Below, piece by piece: positions 47,128 through 56,130 of a stretch of DNA of 64,000 bases. Both the position numbers and the translations under genes were made by a program. The notes below the pieces were generated by a model that was not told the origin of the DNA, made no database searches, and saw only the letters and a program-made list of their open reading frames with translations. Positions within the stretch are counted from its first letter, which is position 1. Each line of letters opens with the position of its first letter. The stretch covers positions 3,548 through 67,547 of IMG/VR virus record IMGVR_UViG_2634166398_000003; one strand, 5' to 3'. This DNA is from a virus. Lineage: Duplodnaviria > Caudoviricetes.

Positions 47128-48415
47128 AGCGCGCCTCGACTGGCGTGATGAGGTTGATTTGCGTATGTTCTAGATAATACGACGTTTTGAGGCCTCTACT
47201 ATTAACCGCTTCGATCGAAGGGCCTCCTTCGGGTCCAAAACCAACAACTTCGCCGATACCACTATTCACAAACCAACGACCATCCACGTACGCAACCACA
47301 TCACCGACCTTATATTCGCCAACCTCGCGTCCGATTTCCGCCCATTTCTTGCGCTCGATCTCGGCGGCTTCCTCTTCGGTTAAAATTTCGAGCTGATCCG
47401 GCGTTGCGCATCCGGAGCCGTTAAACGGAATGGCGCCGCCTTCGATTCGAATGCGTTTGCCCCTCGTATGGTTATATTCGTTATCGGAAACCTCGTAAAT
47501 CTTACCAGTCTCGAATCCGCCTAAAGGGAAGTCTCCGCCGCCCGAAAGCAAACGAACCTTTGCGCCTTCCTTAAATTTCGCGAATTCGGCTTCGCGTTTA
47601 GCTTCGGCAACTTCTTCGTCAGTGGCGCGGACTAACTGATGTTTTGGGACGTATTGATTTTTTCCGTCTGTAAGCCTGCGGGAAAGTTCGTTATACGGCG
47701 ATCCAAAACGGTCTCCGATTATTTCAACGATATCTCCGTCAGTGAAGCGATGGCAATCGGTAGCATTAACCACCTTCGCATAATCACCGACCTTCAGGCG
47801 CTCAGGCTTCGGCTCAGCTTCTACGCTTGCGGCGCTTACTTTGCGGTAGACTTCGAAATGACGGTTACTAGCGTCGTACTCGTCTCTGTCATCGTCACTG
47901 ACTATCGGATCTCCATAACTATCGATACGGACAATTTCGTAATATTCCTCATCGGTTAAGGAGTGCGGCGGATCATCGAATTTAACGAAATCGCCCACCT
48001 TCGCCTCATCTGCGTCAATCCGCTTATATTCCGATGCACCCTTCAACGCAGTCACGTCGGATTTTAACGATTCGATTTCGCCTTTCGCAGAGCTGACGCG
48101 TTCTTCTAAGGACGGGCCGGTGCTAGCGGATACTTTGCGGAAGAGTACGCTAGAATCGTGCAAAGTCGCTCTTCCGTGAGGCTGACCGATATCATCACTT
48201 ACTGTAACTCGTCCGTATACTCCGTCAACAATAACTTCGTAGAATTCACCGACGCTGAGATCTTTGTGATCACGACCGTTAAGCATCAAGTCTCCGGGAT
48301 TGCCTATCTCTCGCACGATTCCTTCCACGCGCTCGTAAACCGCACCGCCATACGCAACCTTCGTAATTTCACCGTTCACCATATCAAGTGTCTTAACGCC
48401 GTTTAATTTCGCCAT
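47117..48415 (-). CDS. Multi-domain protein with repeated KVGD (SH3/KOW-like) modules
   Basis: About five K(V/E)GD.V-type units separated by helical linkers. Confidence 0.7.
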   Translation of the reverse strand: MAKLNGVKTLDMVNGEITKVAYGGAVYERVEGIVREIGNPGDLMLNGRDHKDLSVGEFYEVIVDGVYGRVTVSDDIGQPHGRATLHDSSVLFRKVSASTGPSLEERVSSAKGEIESLKSDVTALKGASEYKRIDADEAKVGDFVKFDDPPHSLTDEEYYEIVRIDSYGDPIVSDDDRDEYDASNRHFEVYRKVSAASVEAEPKPERLKVGDYAKVVNATDCHRFTDGDIVEIIGDRFGSPYNELSRRLTDGKNQYVPKHQLVRATDEEVAEAKREAEFAKFKEGAKVRLLSGGGDFPLGGFETGKIYEVSDNEYNHTRGKRIRIEGGAIPFNGSGCATPDQLEILTEEEAAEIERKKWAEIGREVGEYKVGDVVAYVDGRWFVNSGIGEVVGFGPEGGPSIEAVNSRGLKTSYYLEHTQINLITPVEARFDR

Positions 48416-48670
48416 TTATACCGCCTCCTTTTTAATTACAAGAACGTCGTCACTTTGCGCGCAACCCTCAACGTAGTCAGCTTCGACCTCTGACACCCAG
48501 AAATCATTTCCGCAACAATCGCAAGCAACGCCGTAAGGATCAAGGTCAAGCTCGCTTTCAAAGATATCGTTAGCTTCGTACTCGTCGTGAGCCTCAACGA
48601 AAATAGTTCCGTAATCACTTTTCTCATAGCCGCCCGTGCTCATATCGCTGTATTTAAACCACGCCATCAT
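48416..48670 (-). CDS. Acidic protein with CxCCG motif
   Basis: STGG...IFVEA...EAN...CDCCGNDFW; paralogue of 61744-62229. Confidence 0.65.
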   Translation of the reverse strand: MMAWFKYSDMSTGGYEKSDYGTIFVEAHDEYEANDIFESELDLDPYGVACDCCGNDFWVSEVEADYVEGCAQSDDVLVIKKEAV

Positions 48671-49101
48671 ACCGCCTCCGATTCGTTAATCTCCGTAATC
48701 TCTACGTCTTCGCGCCGGAAGTTCAAATCCATCCGTACCCACCGCTTGCCGTCCTTTGATTGCGGCCCCCAATACTCGGTAAGCTCGCGATTCTCGAACA
48801 TCCACACGGTAGGCACCGGACCGCGGCCGATAAGCACGCCGATAAAGTAATCGACTTCATCGAGCTTATACGGTGTCCGGTCGCTTTTCCGCGCCTGAAC
48901 GATAAGGCTGCCGCGCTTCTTCCGATCATAAATCGTCTTCACCTGAAACGTTTTCCACTCGCCACTCAACGGATCTTTTGCGCTAATATCGAATGCCTCT
49001 TCCGTTTCGGACGTACTGACCGCCTGCCAGCCGCTAGCCAGCAGCGCAGCACGAGCGATCAGTTCCGAATACTTGCCGGTATCTTCTGCTTTATGCGCCA
49101 T
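48667..49101 (-). CDS. PD-(D/E)XK endonuclease
   Basis: GKYSE, FDI, FQVKT and Y..DEVDYF motifs. Confidence 0.75.
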   Translation of the reverse strand: MAHKAEDTGKYSELIARAALLASGWQAVSTSETEEAFDISAKDPLSGEWKTFQVKTIYDRKKRGSLIVQARKSDRTPYKLDEVDYFIGVLIGRGPVPTVWMFENRELTEYWGPQSKDGKRWVRMDLNFRREDVEITEINESEAV

Positions 49102-49143
49102 ATGAGCGCCTCCTTTTCGTTTGGTTGCTCGGTTGATACGTGA

Positions 49144-49944
49144 TTAGAACGGTAATTCTTCGGAAGTAGGTTCGTTAGAGTCTGCCGCGTTGCCTCCGAT
49201 CGTTAATCCGAGAATACTAATATCGAAGTCAGCTTTGACGAGCGACTTAATCATTTCCTCTTCGTCCATTTCGTATAAGACACCGTCAAACATCGAAGTA
49301 TCAAACGGCTGGCCTGCGGAAGCCTCAAGATTCCCCTGTTCCTCAGCCGCCAGACCTTTCGAAAGGTTAATGATTGGCGCGAGTGATCCAGTCGTGTTAG
49401 TGCCGCTTCCTTTCTTCGAAAGCTTAAACGCCATATCGTAAATTTCGTGCTCACCGCCTTCTACAACGTTGCCCTGCTTATCGAGCTCGACATATTCGCG
49501 AATGGTTGAGTACACCGCCATTGCTTGGTTCTTCGTAAAATCGACGATAATGTCTTTTCCGGATTCCAGATCGTAGAAGCCCATAATATAGCGCGGCTTT
49601 GCACGGAATTTATAACCGAGCCTAGATAGTTCATCTTTCTTCGAACCGTCCTGCTCTTTCTGCGCTAATTTATAATAGTAATCGGAAGCTTTATCCCACG
49701 GAGTTAAGTCTCCGCTCGCAAACCCGTCCTTGTTGTAAGTCGGAGGATTCTTCGCAATGAACGTATTGACCTGTTTATGCACTCCGTAAGCAAAGTATCG
49801 CATTAAATCAAACGGTCCTTTGACGCGAACTTTAATTGGTTCTTCGCCAAGTCGTGTGAATTCGGCCTTATCCTTTTTAGAACCGCCACCGTTACCTCCG
49901 ATTAATGAACCGAGTGCCGCTGCACCTTTTTCAAATTTGCTCAT
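49144..49944 (-). CDS. Single-stranded DNA-binding protein (gp32-like, inferred)
   Basis: ATG 49944; KKGSGTNT motif and acidic C-terminus EELPF; replication module. Confidence 0.7.
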   Translation of the reverse strand: MSKFEKGAAALGSLIGGNGGGSKKDKAEFTRLGEEPIKVRVKGPFDLMRYFAYGVHKQVNTFIAKNPPTYNKDGFASGDLTPWDKASDYYYKLAQKEQDGSKKDELSRLGYKFRAKPRYIMGFYDLESGKDIIVDFTKNQAMAVYSTIREYVELDKQGNVVEGGEHEIYDMAFKLSKKGSGTNTTGSLAPIINLSKGLAAEEQGNLEASAGQPFDTSMFDGVLYEMDEEEMIKSLVKADFDISILGLTIGGNAADSNEPTSEELPF

Positions 49945-50093
49945 TCGTTTTCCCCCTACGTTTTTATTAAGGCTTTTCGCCCTCGCAAAATGCCGGTGTC
50001 TGCGCCCGAAACGCCACCAGCGCTTGGCAGTAGCGACGCGACACGGATTACCTAACGGCCGCCCCGACATTCTCCGAGGACGCAACGCGCCTA

Positions 50094-50189
50094 TCATGCG
50101 TTGTCTTCGCCCGCTTTCGTCCACATTCCGAAAAATATTAATCCGATAATGACGGCGGCAATCGGTCCTACCCACGAAAGATCAGACAT
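50094..50189 (-). CDS. 31 aa membrane peptide
   Basis: MSDLSWVGPIAAVIIGLIFFGMWTKAGEDNA; overlaps the upstream stop. Confidence 0.45.
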   Translation of the reverse strand: MSDLSWVGPIAAVIIGLIFFGMWTKAGEDNA

Positions 50190-50748
50190 ACGCCGCCACG
50201 CCTTTCTCAATCGATTCGATTTCGGATTTAATCGCGGTAGCTTTTTCGTTAATTGACGCGTATTCAGAACGAGCAACGGTGATCTTTGCGTCAATGACTG
50301 CGATAATCTTATGTGCGCGAGCTTTTGCGCGGTTTAATTCGAGCTGCGCGATTTCGAGGTTCTTCTCCGCAAGCTGAATCGTTAAGCTTCGTAATTCGCG
50401 TTTATGACGGACAATAAGTACGTCAGACTTTCGTTTAAGTACCGTCTTGAGTTCGTCAGGCAACTCGGTAATCAGCGGTGTACTTGCGGTCGGGCTATCT
50501 TCGACTGGCGCCAAAGGATCGGCCATCTTGTAGACGGTCACTACTCGAATACCATCGACGATCAATCGTGTTCTTGATTTAATATGATCGAACGCTTTTG
50601 TTCGATGGCCATGTTCGTTGCTGAGATCGCCTACATAGAAAGCCGTTTGCATTAAATTCCTAATATGCCCGGCAGCTTGTGGACGACTTATCCCTAATCG
50701 TTCTACCGCACGATCAACGGCGTGTCTTGTGACCTCGTAATGTTTCAT
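50182..50748 (-). CDS. Hypothetical protein: RelE-like N-terminus (TRHAVDRAVER) plus coiled coil
   Basis: THAxxRxxER-type motif and VVTVY; C-terminal heptads. Confidence 0.65.
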   Translation of the reverse strand: MKHYEVTRHAVDRAVERLGISRPQAAGHIRNLMQTAFYVGDLSNEHGHRTKAFDHIKSRTRLIVDGIRVVTVYKMADPLAPVEDSPTASTPLITELPDELKTVLKRKSDVLIVRHKRELRSLTIQLAEKNLEIAQLELNRAKARAHKIIAVIDAKITVARSEYASINEKATAIKSEIESIEKGVAAYV

Positions 50749-50906
50749 CCGACGCGCACCGCCTTAATCGATGTAGCTGGCAAATAGTCGGCCGGGTCTT
50801 CATCGTACGGCCATGCGCCTTGGTAAATGAAATCGGTGAGTTTGCGCTCATCTAGCGCTAAAAGCGTTTGAGATTCGTTAAATGCGGGTAAATTCGATGT
50901 ATGCAT
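50745..50906 (-). CDS. 53 aa hypothetical protein (not in track)
   Basis: GGAGG then MHTSNLPAFNESQTLL...; ATGA overlap with the next gene. Confidence 0.55.
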   Translation of the reverse strand: MHTSNLPAFNESQTLLALDERKLTDFIYQGAWPYDEDPADYLPATSIKAVRVG

Positions 50907-51042
50907 AGTACGTTAGCCTCCGTTATTTTAAGGATAATCGCACTAGGCCGAGGACATGTTCGCATAATTGTTCGCTTGAATTCGTTGACAATATGCAATA
51001 CAATGAGGACGTAGCGAAAGTCCTTCGGGCCTAGCTGCGTAG

Positions 51043-51651
51043 TTATTGCGCGATCAAGTAGTCTCGGTAATCGCCGAACTGTTTGGTATCGAAATTGCGT
51101 GAGAGCTTTTCGAGTTTGCGTATGACTGTTGAGTGATGTAGACCCAACTTTTTTCCGATTGCCGTCGGAGTTGGCTTTTCACTCGAAAGATATGCTTCGG
51201 CGATTTGTATTGTCGTTGCGTCAGATGTAGTACCTAATAGGAAGTCGATCAGTTGCCGCTGGTCAACTTCTTTTTTTGTAGTCAAAAGTTCTTCCGGGGT
51301 TATCGTGCAAGGGACCTCGAATGTTGCCGCATCCTTATGGTCTCCTTTTGGTATAATTTCTCTTTTGTTTCTGTTTACCCGCCCCCTTAAAAAATAACGC
51401 CTCTGTAACGGAACACTTGCATTAAATAACCTTTCAAAATCATGCTCTCCGTTGTACGAATCAATGCAAGAAAGTAAGGTATCTTCATAAATCGCTCTTG
51501 CCTCATAATAATCTGCACCAATTGATTTACCAATTGTTTTGAACTTTCGGTCATTTCTTGTTATGAAGTAATCGTAAACCACCCTAAAAGCAGATTCACT
51601 TCTACTTTCTCGGTACTTTAATACTTCGCTATTCAATTGTTCTTTTCTCAA
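51043..51651 (-). CDS. Sigma-70-family-like phage sigma factor
   Basis: Region-2-like segment (AFRVVYDY...YEDTLLSCIDSYN...FERLF) and C-terminal HTH (TPTAIGKKLGLHHSTVIRKL). Confidence 0.7.
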   Translation of the reverse strand: MRKEQLNSEVLKYRESRSESAFRVVYDYFITRNDRKFKTIGKSIGADYYEARAIYEDTLLSCIDSYNGEHDFERLFNASVPLQRRYFLRGRVNRNKREIIPKGDHKDAATFEVPCTITPEELLTTKKEVDQRQLIDFLLGTTSDATTIQIAEAYLSSEKPTPTAIGKKLGLHHSTVIRKLEKLSRNFDTKQFGDYRDYLIAQ

Positions 51652-51680
51652 TTTTTCGTCCTCCCTTTTGCTTACATACG

Positions 51681-51710
51681 ACTATATGCACCTGCTTACA
51701 CAACCGCGCA
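51681..51710 (-). promoter_or_regulatory. Class A phage-specific promoter motif upstream of the sigma gene
   Basis: TGCGCGGT-N11-GTGCATATAGT. Confidence 0.65.
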
Positions 51711-51849
51711 TTTTTTGTTTGTTTTTTCTCTATGTGTAAATAATACCAAGTATTTTCTGCAATTATCTGAAAACGACACCCTATTTATATAAAAATAAGT
51801 AGCGCGGATACGACCTGAGTATCGTGTTTCGTAGAAGCTTTAGAAAATT

Positions 51850-51880
51850 AAAAAACCCCACAACATTACGTTGTGGGGTT
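51850..51880 (-). terminator. Terminator after aimP
   Basis: AACCCCACAAC-GTAAT-GTTGTGGGGTT followed by T run. Confidence 0.85.
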
Positions 51881-51889
51881 AATAAAGAA

Positions 51890-52021
51890 TTAAGCGCCAA
51901 CCCGAATGTCGGCTACCTTATATTCTCCTTCGGTGCTAGCTTGATTCTGTGTATCATATTTAAATGCAAATCCTGCTGCCGCCATCACTACGATTAAAGT
52001 GGCTAATAATATCTTTTTCAA
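51890..52021 (-). CDS. aimP: Arbitrium pro-peptide AimP (43 aa, not in track)
   Basis: AAGGAGAGG SD then TTG: MKKILLATLIVVMAAAGFAFKYDTQNQASTEGEYKVADIRVGA; signal peptide plus C-terminal DIRVGA; overlaps the aimR 3' end. Confidence 0.88.
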   Translation of the reverse strand: MKKILLATLIVVMAAAGFAFKYDTQNQASTEGEYKVADIRVGA

Positions 52022-53186
52022 TTAAAACCTCTCCTTTAATTAATTTTTTGAATTTTAGGAATGGTCTAAGCGCTCGTGAGTCAGCTCCTGCTTTCTCAAG
52101 CTCTTTCGCTACTAACCTTGCAAAAAAGAAGTTTTCTTGACAGAAAAAAGACTCTAGGCAATTATACATTACATCTATTGACTTTTCCGCTGTGTTTTCG
52201 AAAAATATTATAAAATTGTCTTTATCGCCCCTCTCTAATATCGTATGTAACTTCGCTAAAGAAATTTTCCCGTTTCTCGCTTTCTGATATGCTCTCAGCC
52301 TGAAGTTAGAATCTTCATCAAGCTCAACGCCGTGAAAGACTTTCGCGAAATCTAAATTGAACTTTGCCTCTTGGATATACTGCAAATCGCCCACTTCACG
52401 CATTAACTCGTAACTTTTCCAGAGGTTATACAAACAGACATTTTTATCATCCGGTAAGTACGACATCCCTATAACATAATATGCATCAGATTTCTTTTTC
52501 GCGGATATATTTGCATTAATAATGGATTCAGCAAAATCCCGAGCAGATTTTACATCATTAAGTTGCAAACTAATAGGCGCCAATAATTCACAGACCCTGA
52601 ACGTTAAGCATTCTTTATAAAAGGTTTCTCGCGGCCCTAGGTTTGTTATATCCTTCTGGATTTCCGAGACTTCATTTATTATTTTTTGTATGTCACCTTC
52701 AAAATAGTTGTTATACTGTCGAATGATATTCATTAAGATCAAAAGTGGTTTACTTGTTATATTGTGGAGTCTTCCTATTGCATCCTTCAGTTCAAAACCG
52801 CTCAACGTTCCTACCATATAGTTATAAACAATGCGGTACACTTCCACCGTCTGTTTAAGAACTCCGTCAGTATTTTGGTGAAGTAGTAATAATCTTTTTA
52901 AAAGGGGAGCGTTTGTAGTAATTGCGGAGTATTCAAATGCATTTTTTATTGTTTCTGTCCGTGTGATATGCAAACACCATTCTGACAAAATTTCATGACT
53001 TCCCTTTCCTGTTTCTCTTGAAATCAGTTGAGCGAATTTAATAAGTTTCTTGAAACTTATTTTGCCTTTCTTGAAAAAATCCCTATATGCACTTTCACTC
53101 ATTCCAACAAACTCCATAACATCCGTCTTTTTTATGTCATCGTGGTCTTCAATAAAATCATGCACCATTTTTGTGATGTATTCCAA
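51960..53186 (-). CDS. aimR: Arbitrium receptor AimR (HTH plus TPR, RRNPP family)
   Basis: 408 aa; N-terminal HTH, NAFEYS motif, TPR helices (AYYVIGMSYL); followed by a secreted peptide gene. Confidence 0.88.
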   Translation of the reverse strand: MEYITKMVHDFIEDHDDIKKTDVMEFVGMSESAYRDFFKKGKISFKKLIKFAQLISRETGKGSHEILSEWCLHITRTETIKNAFEYSAITTNAPLLKRLLLLHQNTDGVLKQTVEVYRIVYNYMVGTLSGFELKDAIGRLHNITSKPLLILMNIIRQYNNYFEGDIQKIINEVSEIQKDITNLGPRETFYKECLTFRVCELLAPISLQLNDVKSARDFAESIINANISAKKKSDAYYVIGMSYLPDDKNVCLYNLWKSYELMREVGDLQYIQEAKFNLDFAKVFHGVELDEDSNFRLRAYQKARNGKISLAKLHTILERGDKDNFIIFFENTAEKSIDVMYNCLESFFCQENFFFARLVAKELEKAGADSRALRPFLKFKKLIKGEVLIEKDIISHFNRSDGGSRICI

Positions 53187-53244
53187 GTGAGCCTACCTCC
53201 TTGATTATCTATTTAAATTCGATCAGCAACTTTTAACTAACTCA

Positions 53245-53274
53245 ATTATAATTATTGCATTATCGATATGTCAA
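53245..53274 (-). promoter_or_regulatory. SigA promoter of aimR
   Basis: TTGACA-18-TATAAT. Confidence 0.65.
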
Positions 53275-53335
53275 TAATAATTTTCGGTAGTTTTTGTTAA
53301 AGCGATAATATAAAATATACTGGACACCTTTACGA

Positions 53336-53581
53336 ATGGAGGTGTTTATCACGTTTAAGGTCGGCAAATGTCGGATACCCGAACTGTGCAAGAAACGCGG
53401 AATTAGTCTCAGTCAACTCGCAGCAATGGTCGGAGTATCAAAAACGCAAATGTCCGATTACGTCAGCCTTCGGAATCTTCCGAGCATCGAACGAACCTAC
53501 AATATCGCAATGATGCTCGGCTGCGCGCCCGAAGATCTGTACGATTGGATTGAGGTATCCGACAGCAACACGGAGGGTTAA
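53336..53581 (+). CDS. Xre/Cro-family HTH regulator divergent from aimR
   Basis: ISLSQLAAMVGVSKTQMSDY...PSIE HTH. Confidence 0.85.
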   Translation: MEVFITFKVGKCRIPELCKKRGISLSQLAAMVGVSKTQMSDYVSLRNLPSIERTYNIAMMLGCAPEDLYDWIEVSDSNTEG

Positions 53582-53597
53582 TACAACCTCCGCCGAC

Positions 53598-54593
53598 CTA
53601 AAGTACGGGAATTCCCGAACCTAAACGTAAAGTAGGTCTCACGACCTCCGCACGATCATACACGTCTCTCAACGCTTCTGTACCGCGCTTTATAAGTAGT
53701 TCATCAGCGTCTTTCACCTCCGTAATATAACCGTGCGCAAGCCGCACCTTTCCGATCAAATAACGCTCAATCTCCCGCCGTAACTTTTCGCCAGCTTTGT
53801 CGTTATCTGTAACTACCGTTAAATATTCGATAGGAGACTGCGTGATTATGTCCGCCTTCTGCAAATTAAATGTGCTGCCGCCTGTTCCGATCGCCGGTAT
53901 GCCCGCTGATCGCCACGCCATAGCATCGATTTCCGCCTCGCATATCACCGCGCTTTTAAGCCGCTGCGCATATACGAGATCCATTCCGTACACTAAGTAC
54001 CGGATAGGCATGCCGCCTTTTACGTACCAAAACGCCTTCCCCTTCGTTGCCCTATACTTAACGTTAGCCAGTCGCCCGTTAGGAAGCCGCCATGGGATCG
54101 CGACTGCATTTCCGGCAAGCGATACGCCGGCCTCTTCTTGTACCGCGGCCGCAATGCCCCGGCCCGTTAGATAAGCGTTAGGCCCCGGTATTGTGTCCGC
54201 GAGGATCGATTCCGGCAAAGGCTCCGGCTTCGTGACGGCCTTTAATTTCGGTAGCCGCAGCGTCATACGCCCGCCTTCAGCCGCCGGTGCATACGTTTCC
54301 AATAAATACTCGATTGCGTCGTCTTCGGTTTCGCCGCGCAGGAAAGCGAGCAGTTTAACGAACCCGCCTCGCGCAAATTCTTCATCATAAGCGCCTGAGT
54401 CGCCCCAATAGCCGGCTTTTGCCGACGCTGTGTCTTCGAGGTAAACGTAAAAGCTCGGCGTCCGATCGTATCTGAATGGACTGGCGGCCAGCAGGCGTTC
54501 ATCGCCCCACGTCGGCCGGGTCCAGTTGAATTGTTCGAGCTCATACCGAATGTCGACGTCTACAAAACGTCCATTCAAAGTTAATATCGGCAA
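53598..54593 (-). CDS. DNA primase (Toprim)
   Basis: SPFRYDRTPSF (Cys-less Zn-ribbon remnant), NVKYR, ICEAEIDAM, TDNDKAG and KDADE motifs. Confidence 0.88.
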   Translation of the reverse strand: MPILTLNGRFVDVDIRYELEQFNWTRPTWGDERLLAASPFRYDRTPSFYVYLEDTASAKAGYWGDSGAYDEEFARGGFVKLLAFLRGETEDDAIEYLLETYAPAAEGGRMTLRLPKLKAVTKPEPLPESILADTIPGPNAYLTGRGIAAAVQEEAGVSLAGNAVAIPWRLPNGRLANVKYRATKGKAFWYVKGGMPIRYLVYGMDLVYAQRLKSAVICEAEIDAMAWRSAGIPAIGTGGSTFNLQKADIITQSPIEYLTVVTDNDKAGEKLRREIERYLIGKVRLAHGYITEVKDADELLIKRGTEALRDVYDRAEVVRPTLRLGSGIPVL

Positions 54594-54727
54594 TTCGAGA
54601 CACTTCCTTTCGAGACTTGTAAATTATATTACGACATTGTTACGAAACTTGCAGTCGCAATTTGTCGAAAATATTCAAAAATTTAGATGTAATTGTTGAC
54701 AATATCATCCGGTAAATTCCAATCTCA

Positions 54728-56116
54728 TTAAAAATCGAATTGAGCCGCAGCAGCCTCGCCCCTCGGAAATTCACGCAGTACTCCGTAATCAAACAACGCC
54801 AGAAGTTCGAGCGTGAAGTCTTCTCCGCCGTTACGCCCTTTCTCGATGCCGATTCCGGCTATGCCTTCTTTCGCAACTGAGTCGAACCCGATAAGGTTTG
54901 TCGCGATATCCAACAATCTTGACGTCGTTTTGACTTTATCGCGTGTAGGAATTCTAAGCTCCCTTACGCCATCCTCACCGACTTCTTTCTTATCTACAGA
55001 AGCCTGAACCGTGTAGAATCCAACCACATCATTATCACCGATTATGTTTTCGAAGCGAGTAGCCGCATATTCTGCTGCACCACCGGCCGTTTTATTTACG
55101 TTCTTTCCATACACGTCAGTAAGCCCATAGAATGGATCTAAAAACACGACATCAATCTTACCGCCACTTAACTCGCGCTCAAGGTCAGAAAGTGTACGCG
55201 TTAGCTCCCTACCGCTTTTCCCTTGGAAGTAAAGCGTGCCCGGGTAATACGAATCAAGTACATCAAGCACTTCGAAGAACTTTTCGCGAACAACGTCCTC
55301 AAGCTTTCCGGAAAGGATTGCTTTATTTGGAAGCCCGACTTTTCGTCCAATCTTATCTAAAAGCAATCCGTCTACTGCCGTCGCAATCGAAATCAGACGC
55401 GCAATAAATACGTATTCTTTGACCTCGAAAGATTTAACGAGACAGTTCGCACCTTGACGCAAAAGCGAGTCGAGAATTAAACAAATAAGATACGTTTTTC
55501 CGCGGCCGGATTCACCCATAATTCCGTAAATATCACCCGTAAACCATCCCGTTATCTCTTTATTTAAAGTTTCGAAAGGCGTTTTATAAATGCGGAACGA
55601 ACGACCTTCTTCTCGTTTCATATACTCATCACGGAACGATTCTTTTATGTCCGCTAATGTACGCCCAACCTCATTTCGAACGTTTGTTCTCATTTTAAGA
55701 CTTTCGGCCTGCCCCGTCAACCACTCGAAGAAATTTCCCATATCACCGCTTTTTTGCGCTTCAATAAATCGTTTTTCGAGCTGCGGCTCCTGAACTTGGC
55801 GATTGGTTTCCGGATCAATACGGCCGTTCATCAGCTCGATAAATTCGCGCTCAGCCGCCCGATCCTTTAGGTTTTTCGCAAGATAGTCGTAGCTGGCTTC
55901 GATATTAAAATCCGGCTGGAAGTCCGGCACCTCATTCGCAACCATCTCGGCCGTCGGCGCTTGGCCTCGGTATTTCTCCGCGTAATCCATGACGTACCGG
56001 AAGGCCTTGCGTTCACCCTGCGTTTGGAAGTCGGCTTCCGAAACATTGAATCGCAGCAGGGCGTTCGGATCGTTCGCTTCGATGGCTTTCGATATTAGTA
56101 AAGTTCCGTAGTTCAT
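54728..56116 (-). CDS. DnaB-like replicative helicase
   Basis: GESGRGKT Walker A, SFEV, VVFLD and KGRNG motifs. Confidence 0.88.
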   Translation of the reverse strand: MNYGTLLISKAIEANDPNALLRFNVSEADFQTQGERKAFRYVMDYAEKYRGQAPTAEMVANEVPDFQPDFNIEASYDYLAKNLKDRAAEREFIELMNGRIDPETNRQVQEPQLEKRFIEAQKSGDMGNFFEWLTGQAESLKMRTNVRNEVGRTLADIKESFRDEYMKREEGRSFRIYKTPFETLNKEITGWFTGDIYGIMGESGRGKTYLICLILDSLLRQGANCLVKSFEVKEYVFIARLISIATAVDGLLLDKIGRKVGLPNKAILSGKLEDVVREKFFEVLDVLDSYYPGTLYFQGKSGRELTRTLSDLERELSGGKIDVVFLDPFYGLTDVYGKNVNKTAGGAAEYAATRFENIIGDNDVVGFYTVQASVDKKEVGEDGVRELRIPTRDKVKTTSRLLDIATNLIGFDSVAKEGIAGIGIEKGRNGGEDFTLELLALFDYGVLREFPRGEAAAAQFDF

Positions 56117-56130
56117 CGGCGTTCAGCTCC

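Noticed and set aside
49945-50175. N-terminal extension of the SSB ORF
   Set aside because: Arg-rich, non-protein-like translation across a structured leader and another small gene; an SD precedes ATG 49944
51760-51845. Canonical AimR operator (6 bp arms, 25 bp spacer) downstream of aimP
   Set aside because: Only a weak CTACTTAT/ATAAATAG repeat with different spacing was found, so no operator can be called
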